A stretch of 64,000 nt of DNA from contig JAKFCU010000028.1 in the NCBI GenBank assembly GCA_036676475.1, forward strand, positions 5,867 through 69,866. Direction: 5' to 3'. Positions 63,437-64,000 of the stretch are shown piece by piece (the first letter of the stretch is position 1; each line of letters starts with the position of its first letter). The translations under genes and the position numbers were made by a program. The notes beneath the pieces were generated by a model. It was not told the origin of the DNA and made no database searches. It saw only the letters and a list, made by a program, of their open reading frames with translations. The stretch comes from Brevibacillus sp. (GTDB taxonomy: Bacteria; Bacillota; Bacilli; Aneurinibacillales; RAOX-1).

Positions 63437-64000
63437 CTATTCACTCACTCTCTGAATTTGGACACCTGCTTTATCTAGTAAGTCATTGATAACAACACTC
63501 GCCATAATCAATCCTGCAACAGAAGGGACAAAAGCATTGCTCGATGGCGGCTGCTTCGCCTTTCGAATCGGAGAATTCGGATTTTGCACAACCTCTTGAA
63601 GCACTTCTTCCCGCTGCTTTACGGGTATCTCTGTAGAGTAGACTACCTTGACTCCCTTTTTGATGCCTTCCTTGCGAAGCTCTCGACGCATGACCTTGGC
63701 GATCGGGTCGTATGAGGTTTGAAATAGGTCAGCCACCTTAAATCGGGTTGGATCAGTCTTATTGGCCGCACCCATACTGCAAATGATCGGAATGTTTCTT
63801 TTTTTACATTCTACAACTAAATGTATCTTACTCGATACGGTATCCATCGCATCCACAATATAATCCAACTGCTCGACAGCTGAAAAGAGCTGTTCATACG
63901 TTTCTTCATTATAAAACATGTTGAGAACGATGACTTCACATTCCGGATTGATGCGAGCAATCCTCTCTTTCATAAGTTCGGTTTTCTCTTGCCCGATCGT
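63437..64000 (-). CDS. tcdA: tRNA threonylcarbamoyladenosine dehydratase (ThiF family), 5' end outside the window
   Basis: The reading frame stays open upstream of the track's Met to the window edge (...TIGQEKTELMKERIARINPE...). ThiF/TcdA-like C-terminal half. Confidence 0.8.
   Translation of the reverse strand, partial: TIGQEKTELMKERIARINPECEVIVLNMFYNEETYEQLFSAVEQLDYIVDAMDTVSSKIHLVVECKKRNIPIICSMGAANKTDPTRFKVADLFQTSYDPIAKVMRRELRKEGIKKGVKVVYSTEIPVKQREEVLQEVVQNPNSPIRKAKQPPSSNAFVPSVAGLIMASVVINDLLDKAGVQIQRVSE

Overview
This is a chromosomal window from an endospore-forming Bacillales-type Firmicute, judged from gpr, an uninterrupted sigK, yyaC and the comE genes. Gene order matches the B. subtilis yqe and yrr regions. 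An archaeal-type chaperonin inside the hsp70 operon makes Paenibacillaceae a reasonable but unverified guess. About 70 protein genes are present, mostly on the minus strand. In order: yteA-like, rlmI-like, Na/Pi transporter, deoC, NUDIX; an AT-rich accessory island (about 4.6-8.8 kb); mtaB-rsmE-prmA-dnaJ-dnaK-grpE-[thermosome-like chaperonin]-hrcA with a perfect CIRCE; hemW, lepA, yqxA, gpr, rpsT, holA; ECF sigma/anti-sigma; comEC, yggT, comEB, asnB, saccharopine-DH-like, metY, comEA, comER, yyaC; yqeM-rsfS-yqeK-nadD-yhbY-aroE-yqeH-yqeG; tetR, zur, sigK, class B PBP; yrrO-yrrN-yrrM, mltG, yrzB, ruvX, ireB; alaS with an Ala T-box leader; AI-2E permease, yrrD/yrrB-like, mnmA-iscS-cymR, rarA and partial tcdA. 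I saw no rRNA, tRNA, CRISPR, transposase or prophage genes. The non-routine observations are: (1) a dense, unnamed family of ~52-nt two-hairpin intergenic repeats, 12 copies at 9 loci; (2) a group II/III-type chaperonin between hrcA and grpE; (3) a ~1.9-kb cassette in the accessory island bracketed by ~70-nt inverted repeats, carrying orphan genes, 12-bp-phased GTGAATT repeats and a decayed regulator; (4) a 93-nt nested perfect palindrome between yqeK and rsfS; (5) an ECF sigma/anti-sigma pair coupled to the comEC 3' end, and a split comE locus. All functional calls come from reading motifs and synteny by eye. No database search was run.
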